From the IMG/VR virus record IMGVR_UViG_3300012940_001438, positions 1 to 41,845 of that record: a DNA stretch of 41,845 nucleotides. One strand, 5' to 3'. This document shows, one piece after another, positions 35,028 through 41,845 of the stretch. The first letter of the stretch is position 1. Each line of letters opens with the position of its first letter. The notes beneath the pieces are model-generated. The model ran no database searches, was not told the origin of the DNA, and saw only the letters and a program-made list of their open reading frames with translations. The stretch is from a virus. Taxonomy: Duplodnaviria; Caudoviricetes. The translations under genes were made by a program, and so were the position numbers.

Positions 35028-36371
35028 ATGTCAGTCGTTATTACTTCAGATGTCGTTTTCACGGGCGACCCCGCAGAATTGCCAGGCGCATATGCGCCTA
35101 TGCCTAATGATGCAACGACCTATATCGATTGCGTGAATGATCTGTATATCAACCAGTCCGGCCGAAAAGCAGCGCTATCCGACGTCATCAACTTTGCGCG
35201 CACTTCCAGCAAGTACATCGTTGGAGAGAACGGCCTAGAGCAGGTGCCGGCCGGCGCGCCTGCTTTTCCGTACGACCCAACTACAGGGGATCGTTTGGGT
35301 TTGCTGTTGGAAGAGTCGATTACCAATCTGGTCGCTCAGCCCTTCAATTTTACTTCGTCCAACTGGACCGCTGCCGGCGTGACCGCCTCTGTCAATACTG
35401 ATCCGATCGGCATGACTACACTGACTCGGTCTACAGCTGAGTCTGAACATAAATTGTCAATGACTCAGGCTGGCGCAATGTCGTCTGCGGCCAACATTAC
35501 AACCTATCAGATAGTGGCCAAAGCGGGCACAGGAAAGTTTTTGCAGATAGCAATACCTGGGCGCGTAACGCAAACCTTTGCCAATTTTGATTTGGAGTCA
35601 GGTGCGGTCACTATGATGGGCAGAGGCAATACGACACAAAATTGCGTGCCTTACGCGGATGGTAGTTACCTGTGTACGCTTTCGTGCGCACGTGGTGCCA
35701 CAGATGACTATTCAATCGATCTCGCCATTATCCCGACCGCTGTGACGCTGCCCGGCGCATCATACGTGGGCGTTGCTCAAGACATTCAAATCGGCATGCT
35801 TCAGGCTACTGCTGGACCGATCGAGGGTCCGAAAAGCATTGGCACCGCTTCACCCACTGCTGGCGAGGTAGTCGCAACGGCAATTTCCGCCGAGTGGACC
35901 GCCTATATGGAAATCCGTATGCCCGATGTCTTGAAGGGGTTTAACGGCCAATCGGTCTATGTCTTTTCTGCAGACGATCTAACCAATAAAAATTTTGTTT
36001 GGGTGGGTTTCGGCTCATCCGCTGGTAGTTCGCCATTTGCCGCTGTAGCAGGGCAGAAGGTTAACAACGGAACGCTGCGCACAGCCTCCTTGCCGGGGTT
36101 GGGGATTTACAAGCCTGGCTCCATTCTGAAATTTTCATGCCGCATGGCAAGTGGCAAATTCAGTATTGTCGGGGAGGACGGGCAGATAGTTACCGTTGCG
36201 GATGCCGATGCAATGGGTTATCCGCTTTCGCGGATTCGGCCTGGCATGTTGATTAATGGCACCGATACGCAGCGAGGATCAGGGTGTACCTTGCAAAAGC
36301 TGATTGTCTGGGATGGCATTGCTAAATCCGATGCTCAGATGCGTCGACAGTATCAGCAGCTCTCGTTCTGA
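35028..36371 (+). CDS. Second virion fibre/spike protein with beta-sandwich (lectin-like) domains
   Basis: FARTSS...GLLLEESITNL motif seen in phage spike/fibre proteins; beta-rich C-terminus. Confidence 0.65.
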   Translation: MSVVITSDVVFTGDPAELPGAYAPMPNDATTYIDCVNDLYINQSGRKAALSDVINFARTSSKYIVGENGLEQVPAGAPAFPYDPTTGDRLGLLLEESITNLVAQPFNFTSSNWTAAGVTASVNTDPIGMTTLTRSTAESEHKLSMTQAGAMSSAANITTYQIVAKAGTGKFLQIAIPGRVTQTFANFDLESGAVTMMGRGNTTQNCVPYADGSYLCTLSCARGATDDYSIDLAIIPTAVTLPGASYVGVAQDIQIGMLQATAGPIEGPKSIGTASPTAGEVVATAISAEWTAYMEIRMPDVLKGFNGQSVYVFSADDLTNKNFVWVGFGSSAGSSPFAAVAGQKVNNGTLRTASLPGLGIYKPGSILKFSCRMASGKFSIVGEDGQIVTVADADAMGYPLSRIRPGMLINGTDTQRGSGCTLQKLIVWDGIAKSDAQMRRQYQQLSF

Positions 36372-36376
36372 CTACT

Positions 36377-36444
36377 AAAACGCCCCGGGGAGTATAGCCG
36401 GGGCGGTGCGCAGTGGGTTCCCTTCGCGCTGAGAACTGCACACG
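36377..36444 (-). ncRNA. Candidate small RNA antisense to the late operon
   Basis: Promoter TTGACC(36479-36474)-18bp-TAATTT(36455-36450) with extended TG; 9-bp stem GUGUGCAGU/ACUGCGCAC; terminator CGCCCCGG/CCGGGGCG plus TTTT. Confidence 0.6.
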
Positions 36445-36514
36445 GGTTCAAATTAGCACGTTGGGAGTGAGGCGGTCAATTTACAAAACGCCGCCTCGGA
36501 AAAACCCGTATATT

Positions 36515-36542
36515 ACCCCGGCTTCGATCGGGGTTTTCTTTT
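36515..36542 (+). terminator. Intrinsic terminator before the lysis module
   Basis: ACCCCG/CGGGGT stem plus TTTCTTTT. Confidence 0.6.
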
Positions 36543-36554
36543 GGAGCCGCTACT

Positions 36555-36848
36555 ATGCGACGACTACTGATACCGCTGCTTTGTGTGGCATTTATGGGGA
36601 TCGGGGCGATGGCCGCCCGGTCGTGGGAAATTGAAAAGCTGCGGGCCCAGCTCAAGGCGGAAAAGGAGGCTGATGTGCAGGCGCTCCGCGATGGCTTCTC
36701 ATTGGCCATGGCCCCGGTGGCGACCATGTGCTCGGCGGCTGCGTTCCGGTCGATTCGGGCAGCAAACACCGCAAATCAAGCGGCAAAAAGCGCCAACGAA
36801 ATATTCACAGAGCAAAAGAATGCCATTCAGCAGGAGATCGACAAATGA
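36555..36848 (+). CDS. N-terminal TM + coiled-coil protein (i-spanin-like, pair 1)
   Basis: MRRLLIPLLCVAFMGIGAMAA followed by a helical Ala/Glu/Lys-rich domain; GGAG SD. Confidence 0.6.
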   Translation: MRRLLIPLLCVAFMGIGAMAARSWEIEKLRAQLKAEKEADVQALRDGFSLAMAPVATMCSAAAFRSIRAANTANQAAKSANEIFTEQKNAIQQEIDK

Positions 36849-37087
36849 GGGCCGCGGTTATCGCTCTGTCGGTCGTTCTGGCCGGCTGCAGCGCACCGCA
36901 GCCAATTGATCGGTACAAGATCATTGCCGTGCCGGTGGAGAAAATCAAAAAGGTTACCAGAACCAAGACGGTCACAGTTCTGCGTGATTGCCCCACACTT
37001 CCAGATTTCAACCCAGAGTGGCAACCAGCGCAGGTCAGCGCCTGGCAGCGTACAGTCATCCGCATGTACAAGGAGTGCGCCAAATGA
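36845..37087 (+). CDS. Lipoprotein (o-spanin-like, pair 1)
   Basis: ATGA-coupled MRAAVIALSVVLAG-C; CPTLP...YKECAK. Confidence 0.7.
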   Translation: MRAAVIALSVVLAGCSAPQPIDRYKIIAVPVEKIKKVTRTKTVTVLRDCPTLPDFNPEWQPAQVSAWQRTVIRMYKECAK

Positions 37088-37509
37088 AACGCTTCCCGAT
37101 GTTCTTTGTCAATCTGTTTCTACTCAAGATCGACCTCATCAAGTCTCGACCATGGGAAATGTTCAATGCGGCCGCGTACCTCGTATGGGCGCTGACGCTT
37201 TTTCTGGACCAGCGTTTGTTCGGTCTGCCCACATACCGGGGCTTTGAATGGCCTTCGTGGCTGTATGCCTGTATTTACCTGGGAATGTTCGTGCTGTCGC
37301 TGGCCGGACTGCGCAAAACCAGCCGTCTGCGCTTCATCGCAGGCTATGTGATGGTCTGCGGCGCGTTGGCCTGGTTCATGACGGCGGTAGAGTTCTGGGG
37401 AGCCTATCCACCGTTGATCCCCGCCATGTCCCTCTATCTGCTATTCGCCTATTTCAACCTGGTTGTCGGGATCAGCATTATTGAGAAATCTAAACGCATG
37501 GGGACGTGA
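37084..37509 (+). CDS. Four-TM membrane protein (holin/antiholin-like)
   Basis: ATGA-coupled MKRFPMFF; about four hydrophobic segments; basic C-tail. Confidence 0.7.
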   Translation: MKRFPMFFVNLFLLKIDLIKSRPWEMFNAAAYLVWALTLFLDQRLFGLPTYRGFEWPSWLYACIYLGMFVLSLAGLRKTSRLRFIAGYVMVCGALAWFMTAVEFWGAYPPLIPAMSLYLLFAYFNLVVGISIIEKSKRMGT

Positions 37510-37838
37510 TGCATGAACTATTTACTGTACACGTCTGGATGTCTATAGCGGGCGGCGCTCTTGGCGGCCTGAAAGCGTTTTACACGACCGACGACGATAA
37601 AAACCCCATTGGCGAATCCATTACCAATTTCTGTATCTCGGTGGTGGCCGCCGTCTCCACAACAACTTACTGGTTCGACCCGGAAAAATATCACCCCTTT
37701 GCCTACCTGGGCGCTGGGGTGATCGTTGGTTTCCTGGGCGTTTATTTTCTCGACCTGTCACGGGTCATGTTGCCGGGCGTCATGAAATCAAAATTGCGCG
37801 ACTGGCTTGGAGTCAAGAAGAATGATGACGAAGAATGA
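37509..37838 (+). CDS. Putative holin (about 3 TM)
   Basis: Three hydrophobic segments, charged C-terminus, directly upstream of the endolysin. Confidence 0.7.
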   Translation: MHELFTVHVWMSIAGGALGGLKAFYTTDDDKNPIGESITNFCISVVAAVSTTTYWFDPEKYHPFAYLGAGVIVGFLGVYFLDLSRVMLPGVMKSKLRDWLGVKKNDDEE

Positions 37839-38451
37839 ATTTCAGCGCGCTGCTGGTATCTCTGCTGCGCTGGCTGATAAGTGGTATGGGCCGATCCTGA
37901 ATGGGTTCAATGAGTTCAATGTGTATTCTCCTTTGCGAATGGCTCATTACATCGCCCAGCTGGGGCACGAATCTACGGGATTTACGCAAACGGAAGAAGG
38001 TCTGTTTTATCGCAGCGCAAGTCGAATTATTGCGGTTTTCCGAGACAGGAACGGACTTACGCCCCAGATTGCCAGTCGTCTGGTCGGCAATCCGCAGGCC
38101 TTGGCAAACTTTGTTTACGGAGGTGCCTGGGGTCGTGAGAATCTCGGAAACACACAATCAAATGACGGCTGGGACTTTCGGGGATCAGGGCCGGGTCAGA
38201 CGACAGGCCGGGCAAATCACCAGGACGCAGCCGACGGCCTCGGGGTGGAAATACGCAGGTCGGCGGAACTGATGCGCAGTGACACCGAGTACGGCGCGCG
38301 GGCAGCGTCTTATTTCTGGTGGAAGCGCGGCATACAGCCGGCCGCAGATGCTGATGATGTGACGCTTGTCACCAAACTTTATAACGGGGGCCTGAACGGG
38401 CTGGATGATCGCAAGGCGCTCCTGGCTCGTTCGAAGGGGGTCCTATGCTGA
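37822..38451 (+). CDS. Endolysin, glycoside hydrolase family 19
   Basis: AQLGHESTGF, ANFVYGG...LGN...DGWDFRGSGPGQTTGRAN, NGGLNGLDDR. Confidence 0.92.
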   Translation: MMTKNEFQRAAGISAALADKWYGPILNGFNEFNVYSPLRMAHYIAQLGHESTGFTQTEEGLFYRSASRIIAVFRDRNGLTPQIASRLVGNPQALANFVYGGAWGRENLGNTQSNDGWDFRGSGPGQTTGRANHQDAADGLGVEIRRSAELMRSDTEYGARAASYFWWKRGIQPAADADDVTLVTKLYNGGLNGLDDRKALLARSKGVLC

Positions 38452-38792
38452 GCTGGCTTATAGGATGGAAAGGGTATGCGGTGGCCGCCGGCCTGGTCGT
38501 GTTGGCCGCTTGGGGATATGGCACCATCCAGTACCGATCCGGCTATTCCGATGCCGTACAGGAGCAAAAGGTCGCCGACTTGGAAAAATACAAGAAAGCG
38601 GCTACCGACCTGTTGACCGCCAGCCAGACAGCGCAGCCGATTTTGGACGGGCTGAAAACCAAATTCTCGACCTTCATAGAGGCATATCAAAATGAAATGC
38701 GCATCAACCCTATTGATTGCGTCGGCACTGATGGCCGGCTGCGCTCAATCCTCGATCTCTACCCGTCCACCGCTACCGGGCGGCATGACTGA
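38445..38792 (+). CDS. i-spanin (Rz-like, pair 2)
   Basis: N-terminal TM, YRSGY, helical periplasmic domain, C-terminal Cys. Confidence 0.78.
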   Translation: MLSWLIGWKGYAVAAGLVVLAAWGYGTIQYRSGYSDAVQEQKVADLEKYKKAATDLLTASQTAQPILDGLKTKFSTFIEAYQNEMRINPIDCVGTDGRLRSILDLYPSTATGRHD

Positions 38793-38916
38793 ATGCGTGG
38801 AGCCAAAGCCGCCGGCAGATGCTGCGTATGATTCGGTCGCGCTGGCGCTCGGGGATGCGATCACCAGGTTCTATGAGTGCAAGGTCAAGCATGACTTTGT
38901 CGTAAAGCAGTGGTAG
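38692..38916 (+). CDS. o-spanin (Rz1-like lipoprotein, pair 2)
   Basis: LMAG-C lipobox, Pro-rich, C...YECKVKH; overlaps the 3' end of the Rz-like gene in another frame. Confidence 0.8.
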   Translation: MKCASTLLIASALMAGCAQSSISTRPPLPGGMTECVEPKPPADAAYDSVALALGDAITRFYECKVKHDFVVKQW

Positions 38917-39001
38917 CACTGTCGCGCAGGAATTTAGCGGATCTATTATTGCAGATAAAGACAAATTTGACATTGAGAAGGATATCGAGTGAATAGCCTC
39001 T

Positions 39002-40003
39002 TTATTTCTTGGGGCTTTCGAACACTAGATTGTAGTCGTTTGGAATTAATCGATTGCGGCCCAAAAATTGAATTTCATCAGCGACTCCCTGATATCCGGG
39101 AAATAATCTCGCGTGGGAATATTGCATTTCATGTAATAAACGCAGCCCAGCAACTCTTTCAGATTTTGGAAAGTCGAGCCTGAGTAGTATTGGTGTGTTC
39201 CTGTCGTGTTGGAGATTCCTTATTACTTCATCTACCGATTTTCTCTCGATTGGCGCTGCGGGTATTTTAACTCCATGGGTTGCTGTCCTAGTTAGTTGCG
39301 GCAGCTCTACCGGAATATGGGTAAACAAGCCCTTCTGTGCATTTAGATTGGGGTTGCCGAAATATGACGGAGTTACAAAATTAATTCCAGTGTCATCGTC
39401 CGTATACCGCTTTCCAGAAACATATTCCTTATCCAGAGCCCATATACAAGCGTCGCCCTCGGAATCCTCTATGCCTTGTAAGGCAAAGAATAATGCTATG
39501 TATTTATCATAGGACCAATCAAGTAACCTAGTAGGCAGACCATAATGCTGAGCTAACGCAGTAATTTCAAGCAAATTATCGGGAATCCAATTTTCAGGAT
39601 AGTCTGTATAAAGCCCATAAGCATCGTGGCTGCTAGTTAGGTTTCTGCGGAGTTGTTCGTGCTCTGGTAACGGTAAACCGTATTGATCGGCCAATTTATA
39701 AAAATTGCGGATGACTCGGTATTCCATAGACACGTGAGAAGCGAGCGTATCGAACAGCCTTGAGTCTTTAACGATTTCTAGTTTGCTATCTGTGGATATT
39801 AGGGCTGCCAGCCAAATTTTTTCAGGCCCGTCGTCGCGAAGTGCTGTTGGAATTAATTTGTAGCGGCAATTGCTATGACCTCTGAAGACAAAATGCCTAA
39901 ACTCTATTCCTGATCGAAGGTCAGCTTGCACCCAAGGAGACATAAAATCAAATAATTTAACAATTGAATCGAATTTTATTGTCTTGACTGCTTCCTTAGG
40001 CAT
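39002..40003 (-). CDS. FRG domain protein
   Basis: FVFRGHS...LIPTALR, AQHYGLPTRLLDWS...ALFFA, NLNAQKGLF, LFPG; AT-rich. Confidence 0.92.
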   Translation of the reverse strand: MPKEAVKTIKFDSIVKLFDFMSPWVQADLRSGIEFRHFVFRGHSNCRYKLIPTALRDDGPEKIWLAALISTDSKLEIVKDSRLFDTLASHVSMEYRVIRNFYKLADQYGLPLPEHEQLRRNLTSSHDAYGLYTDYPENWIPDNLLEITALAQHYGLPTRLLDWSYDKYIALFFALQGIEDSEGDACIWALDKEYVSGKRYTDDDTGINFVTPSYFGNPNLNAQKGLFTHIPVELPQLTRTATHGVKIPAAPIERKSVDEVIRNLQHDRNTPILLRLDFPKSERVAGLRLLHEMQYSHARLFPGYQGVADEIQFLGRNRLIPNDYNLVFESPKK

Positions 40004-40067
40004 TTTTATATCTCATCTTAATGTAATTTATCTGGTTGTTTTTGAGCTGGTCGGGCAATATACTGGG

Positions 40068-40775
40068 CTATGAAGAATAATGCCACTGTGGGTCTGCGTT
40101 AGAGTTAAACCCCACACCAGTTATGTAGGCATCTGCTGGAGGTTGCGTTCCTATTGTAATTACTGTTTCTTGTGATTCAGATGCATCATCGTAATCTTCT
40201 ACCGTGAACGGAACATCAGCTTTCAAGAACGCATCACGTATCGCTTGATTCACACGATTCAATCGTAAATTTATGTTTGTTCCGACCGCGATTCCCTCCA
40301 AAGGCTCGCAGGCAACCTCAAAACCGGCCTCTGAAATAACTCGAAAAAGGGTGCGTCTGAACAATTCGACTTCTGTGTCATTACTCATAAACTGGATTGT
40401 TACGGGCGTGCGTGATTCTCTAGGCAATTCCTCGAGAGCCTCAATAAATATATCTATCTGATCTTTGTTGAGATTGCGCCACGCCAAATTTCTTTTTAGA
40501 TTTTCCGCACGCCAATTTGCTATCGCTGCTGATTGCTGCGCCTCGCGTGCAACACGGTTATTTTCTGAAATTTCGCGTTTTGATTCTATAAGCAACAGCC
40601 AGCCCAATGCCACTGAAAGAATCGTACCTACAATCACCATTGCTGACCCAATAGTATTAAAAGCGTTCTCATCAAAATCAGGAATTGCCGCAAATACTAA
40701 TATTGCTCCAATTATCGGGATCAAATTCGATATAAGATATGCGCATTCTAACGTTGAAAATTTTATTTTGTTCAT
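40068..40775 (-). CDS. Two-TM + coiled-coil + alpha/beta domain protein of unknown function
   Basis: Two N-terminal TM helices, a helical linker, then WRNLNKDQ...NDTEVELF...ITIGTQPP; AT-rich. Confidence 0.8.
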   Translation of the reverse strand: MNKIKFSTLECAYLISNLIPIIGAILVFAAIPDFDENAFNTIGSAMVIVGTILSVALGWLLLIESKREISENNRVAREAQQSAAIANWRAENLKRNLAWRNLNKDQIDIFIEALEELPRESRTPVTIQFMSNDTEVELFRRTLFRVISEAGFEVACEPLEGIAVGTNINLRLNRVNQAIRDAFLKADVPFTVEDYDDASESQETVITIGTQPPADAYITGVGFNSNADPQWHYSS

Positions 40776-40776
40776 T

Positions 40777-41490
40777 TTAATTATCTATTCTTTTAAGTTG
40801 AATTTGATTATAAATCGGCTCCGCCGAATCCTCTCCCTGGTACCTCGAATTCCCCATCTTCTTCGTCACTTCATACCACTCAAACGCCAATTCAGGCCGT
40901 GGTGTGGTCAAAATCTGCTTGGCCTGATCCGTGGTGGTGGCAGGGTCCATCCACTCCAAAGCATCATCAAGCGTCAGCACAATCGGCCTGCGGTCGTGCA
41001 GATCGACCAGGCCCTTGCCGGCTTCCTCTGTCACGATAGCAAAGCCGGTTTTCCGCTCCGAATCATTCCATGCTAAATCCGGGCGCCAGCCAGATATTGC
41101 CGCCATCCAAAGCGGCTTGCCATCGTGGGGCCGGATATACCAGGGCTGCTTATTGGGTTTCTCTCCGGTCCATTCATACCACCCGTCTGCCGGCACGATC
41201 ATTCTGCCGTGCTTGAGCGGCCCGGCCCACCACCGGCTGCCGTTCATGATCTTTTCAATGGTGGCATTCCCATAGGCCTTTGCCTTACTGGCCCATGGCG
41301 GGACATACTCCCAGTGCCAGCGGCTGATGACCGGTTCGCCAGTCAGCGTGTGAATGACGTACGGTTTCGAGCCTGGCGGGACGTTCTCAGTCGCCGTGGG
41401 TGGCTCCAACTTGAACACCTTGCTCATATCCGTGAAAATCGTCGCAAAGTACTCGTCTGGCTCAGTTGCCTGTCTGATTCTTCCGCACAT
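40777..41490 (-). CDS. SOS response-associated peptidase (SRAP / YedK / HMCES family)
   Basis: N-terminal MCGR with catalytic Cys2; VPADGWYEW; LHDRRP. Confidence 0.95.
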   Translation of the reverse strand: MCGRIRQATEPDEYFATIFTDMSKVFKLEPPTATENVPPGSKPYVIHTLTGEPVISRWHWEYVPPWASKAKAYGNATIEKIMNGSRWWAGPLKHGRMIVPADGWYEWTGEKPNKQPWYIRPHDGKPLWMAAISGWRPDLAWNDSERKTGFAIVTEEAGKGLVDLHDRRPIVLTLDDALEWMDPATTTDQAKQILTTPRPELAFEWYEVTKKMGNSRYQGEDSAEPIYNQIQLKRIDN

Positions 41491-41845
41491 TGTCCAGTAC
41501 CTTTATATTTTCCATAAATCGCCGTTCATCCCTTTGTTGCAGTGAGCGTTCTTTGGCTTCGTCCTCCCACGGCATTTTCGGCGGCCCGTACACATTCATT
41601 TCTCGCGCCAACGCGATTCGCATATGGTGCATGCCGACAGTCTCGCCGCCGACATCTTCCCGCCATACTGTGCGCATGGAGGCGTAGCCGCGATTAATTT
41701 CTCGGACTACCTCACGCAGACGGCTTATTTCTTTCAATAATAGGTAAACGGTTGGGTTGCGAACAGCGACACGGTTCGTTTCCTGGATTTCCCTGAGCGT
41801 TCGGGTGTCGAGCGCTTCAAGGTGGCTGATTTCTTCGAGTTTCAT
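41462..41845 (-). CDS. Small helical hypothetical protein upstream of SRAP (start at window edge)
   Basis: LREIQE...LLKEISRLR helical pattern; overlaps the SRAP start by 29 nt. Confidence 0.65.
   Translation of the reverse strand: MKLEEISHLEALDTRTLREIQETNRVAVRNPTVYLLLKEISRLREVVREINRGYASMRTVWREDVGGETVGMHHMRIALAREMNVYGPPKMPWEDEAKERSLQQRDERRFMENIKVLDNVRKNQTGN

Larger units (their letters stand above)
314..41845. mobile_element. Temperate siphovirus prophage integrated at tRNA-Arg(CCT); right end (attR) lies beyond the window
   Basis: Integrase next to the tRNA, then early, immunity, replication, packaging, head, tail and lysis modules in lambdoid order with no obvious pseudogenes. The left boundary is approximate. 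Confidence 0.95.

Noticed and set aside
35142-35157. CTGTATATCAACCAG as a LexA box
   Set aside because: Spacing is one base short of CTG-N10-CAG and it lies inside a structural gene.
36377-36444. sRNA as a solitary CRISPR repeat (RNA anti-CRISPR) or tRNA-like element
   Set aside because: No resemblance by eye to I-C, I-E or I-F repeat consensus and no cloverleaf or T-loop; kept only as an unclassified sRNA candidate.
40465-41076. 203-aa plus-strand ORF
   Set aside because: Spans SRAP and the 2-TM gene in antisense; no independent support.
1-41845. CRISPR array, retron or diversity-generating retroelement
   Set aside because: No regularly spaced repeats and no reverse transcriptase or cas gene seen; no obvious TR/VR duplicate of a fibre C-terminus.
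38917-41845. attR (duplicate of the tRNA 3' end)
   Set aside because: No copy of the tRNA 3' sequence found by eye; it probably lies beyond the window.

Overview
The window is an almost complete temperate siphovirus prophage (HK97-type head, lambda-like long non-contractile tail) integrated at the 3' end of a host tRNA-Arg(CCT) gene (283-357). The host is probably a betaproteobacterium (inference from the gene families). Left to right: the end of a host YbaK/EbsC-like gene; tRNA/attL; a tyrosine integrase convergent with an excisionase-like gene; a leftward early operon (small hypotheticals, lipoprotein, C5 DNA methyltransferase, YfdQ/YfdP-like pair); an immunity region (PL, lipoprotein moron, short peptidase-less CI, Cro, five 15-bp AATAG-N5-CTATT operators); an antisense insert between cro and a CII-like gene; a primase-VapE helicase plus putative origin; a Q-like regulator; HNH, cos region, terminases, portal, protease and capsid; tail genes with a -1 frameshift, tape measure, tail tip, beta-helix tailspike and a second fibre/lectin protein; an enlarged lysis module; and a leftward right-end unit (small helical ORF, SRAP, 2-TM protein, FRG-domain protein). 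attR is not in the window. The best candidates for undescribed biology are (i) the SRAP-coupled, AT-rich 2-TM + FRG cassette (candidate defence moron), (ii) a lysis module with two spanin-like pairs and two holin-like genes, (iii) a stand-alone ~68-nt antisense sRNA with its own promoter and terminator before the lysis genes, and (iv) a non-cleavable repressor with no recognisable antirepressor, plus a Fur-box-like palindrome beside cos and a LexA-box-like site below PL. All family assignments come from motif recognition by eye; no database searches were run.
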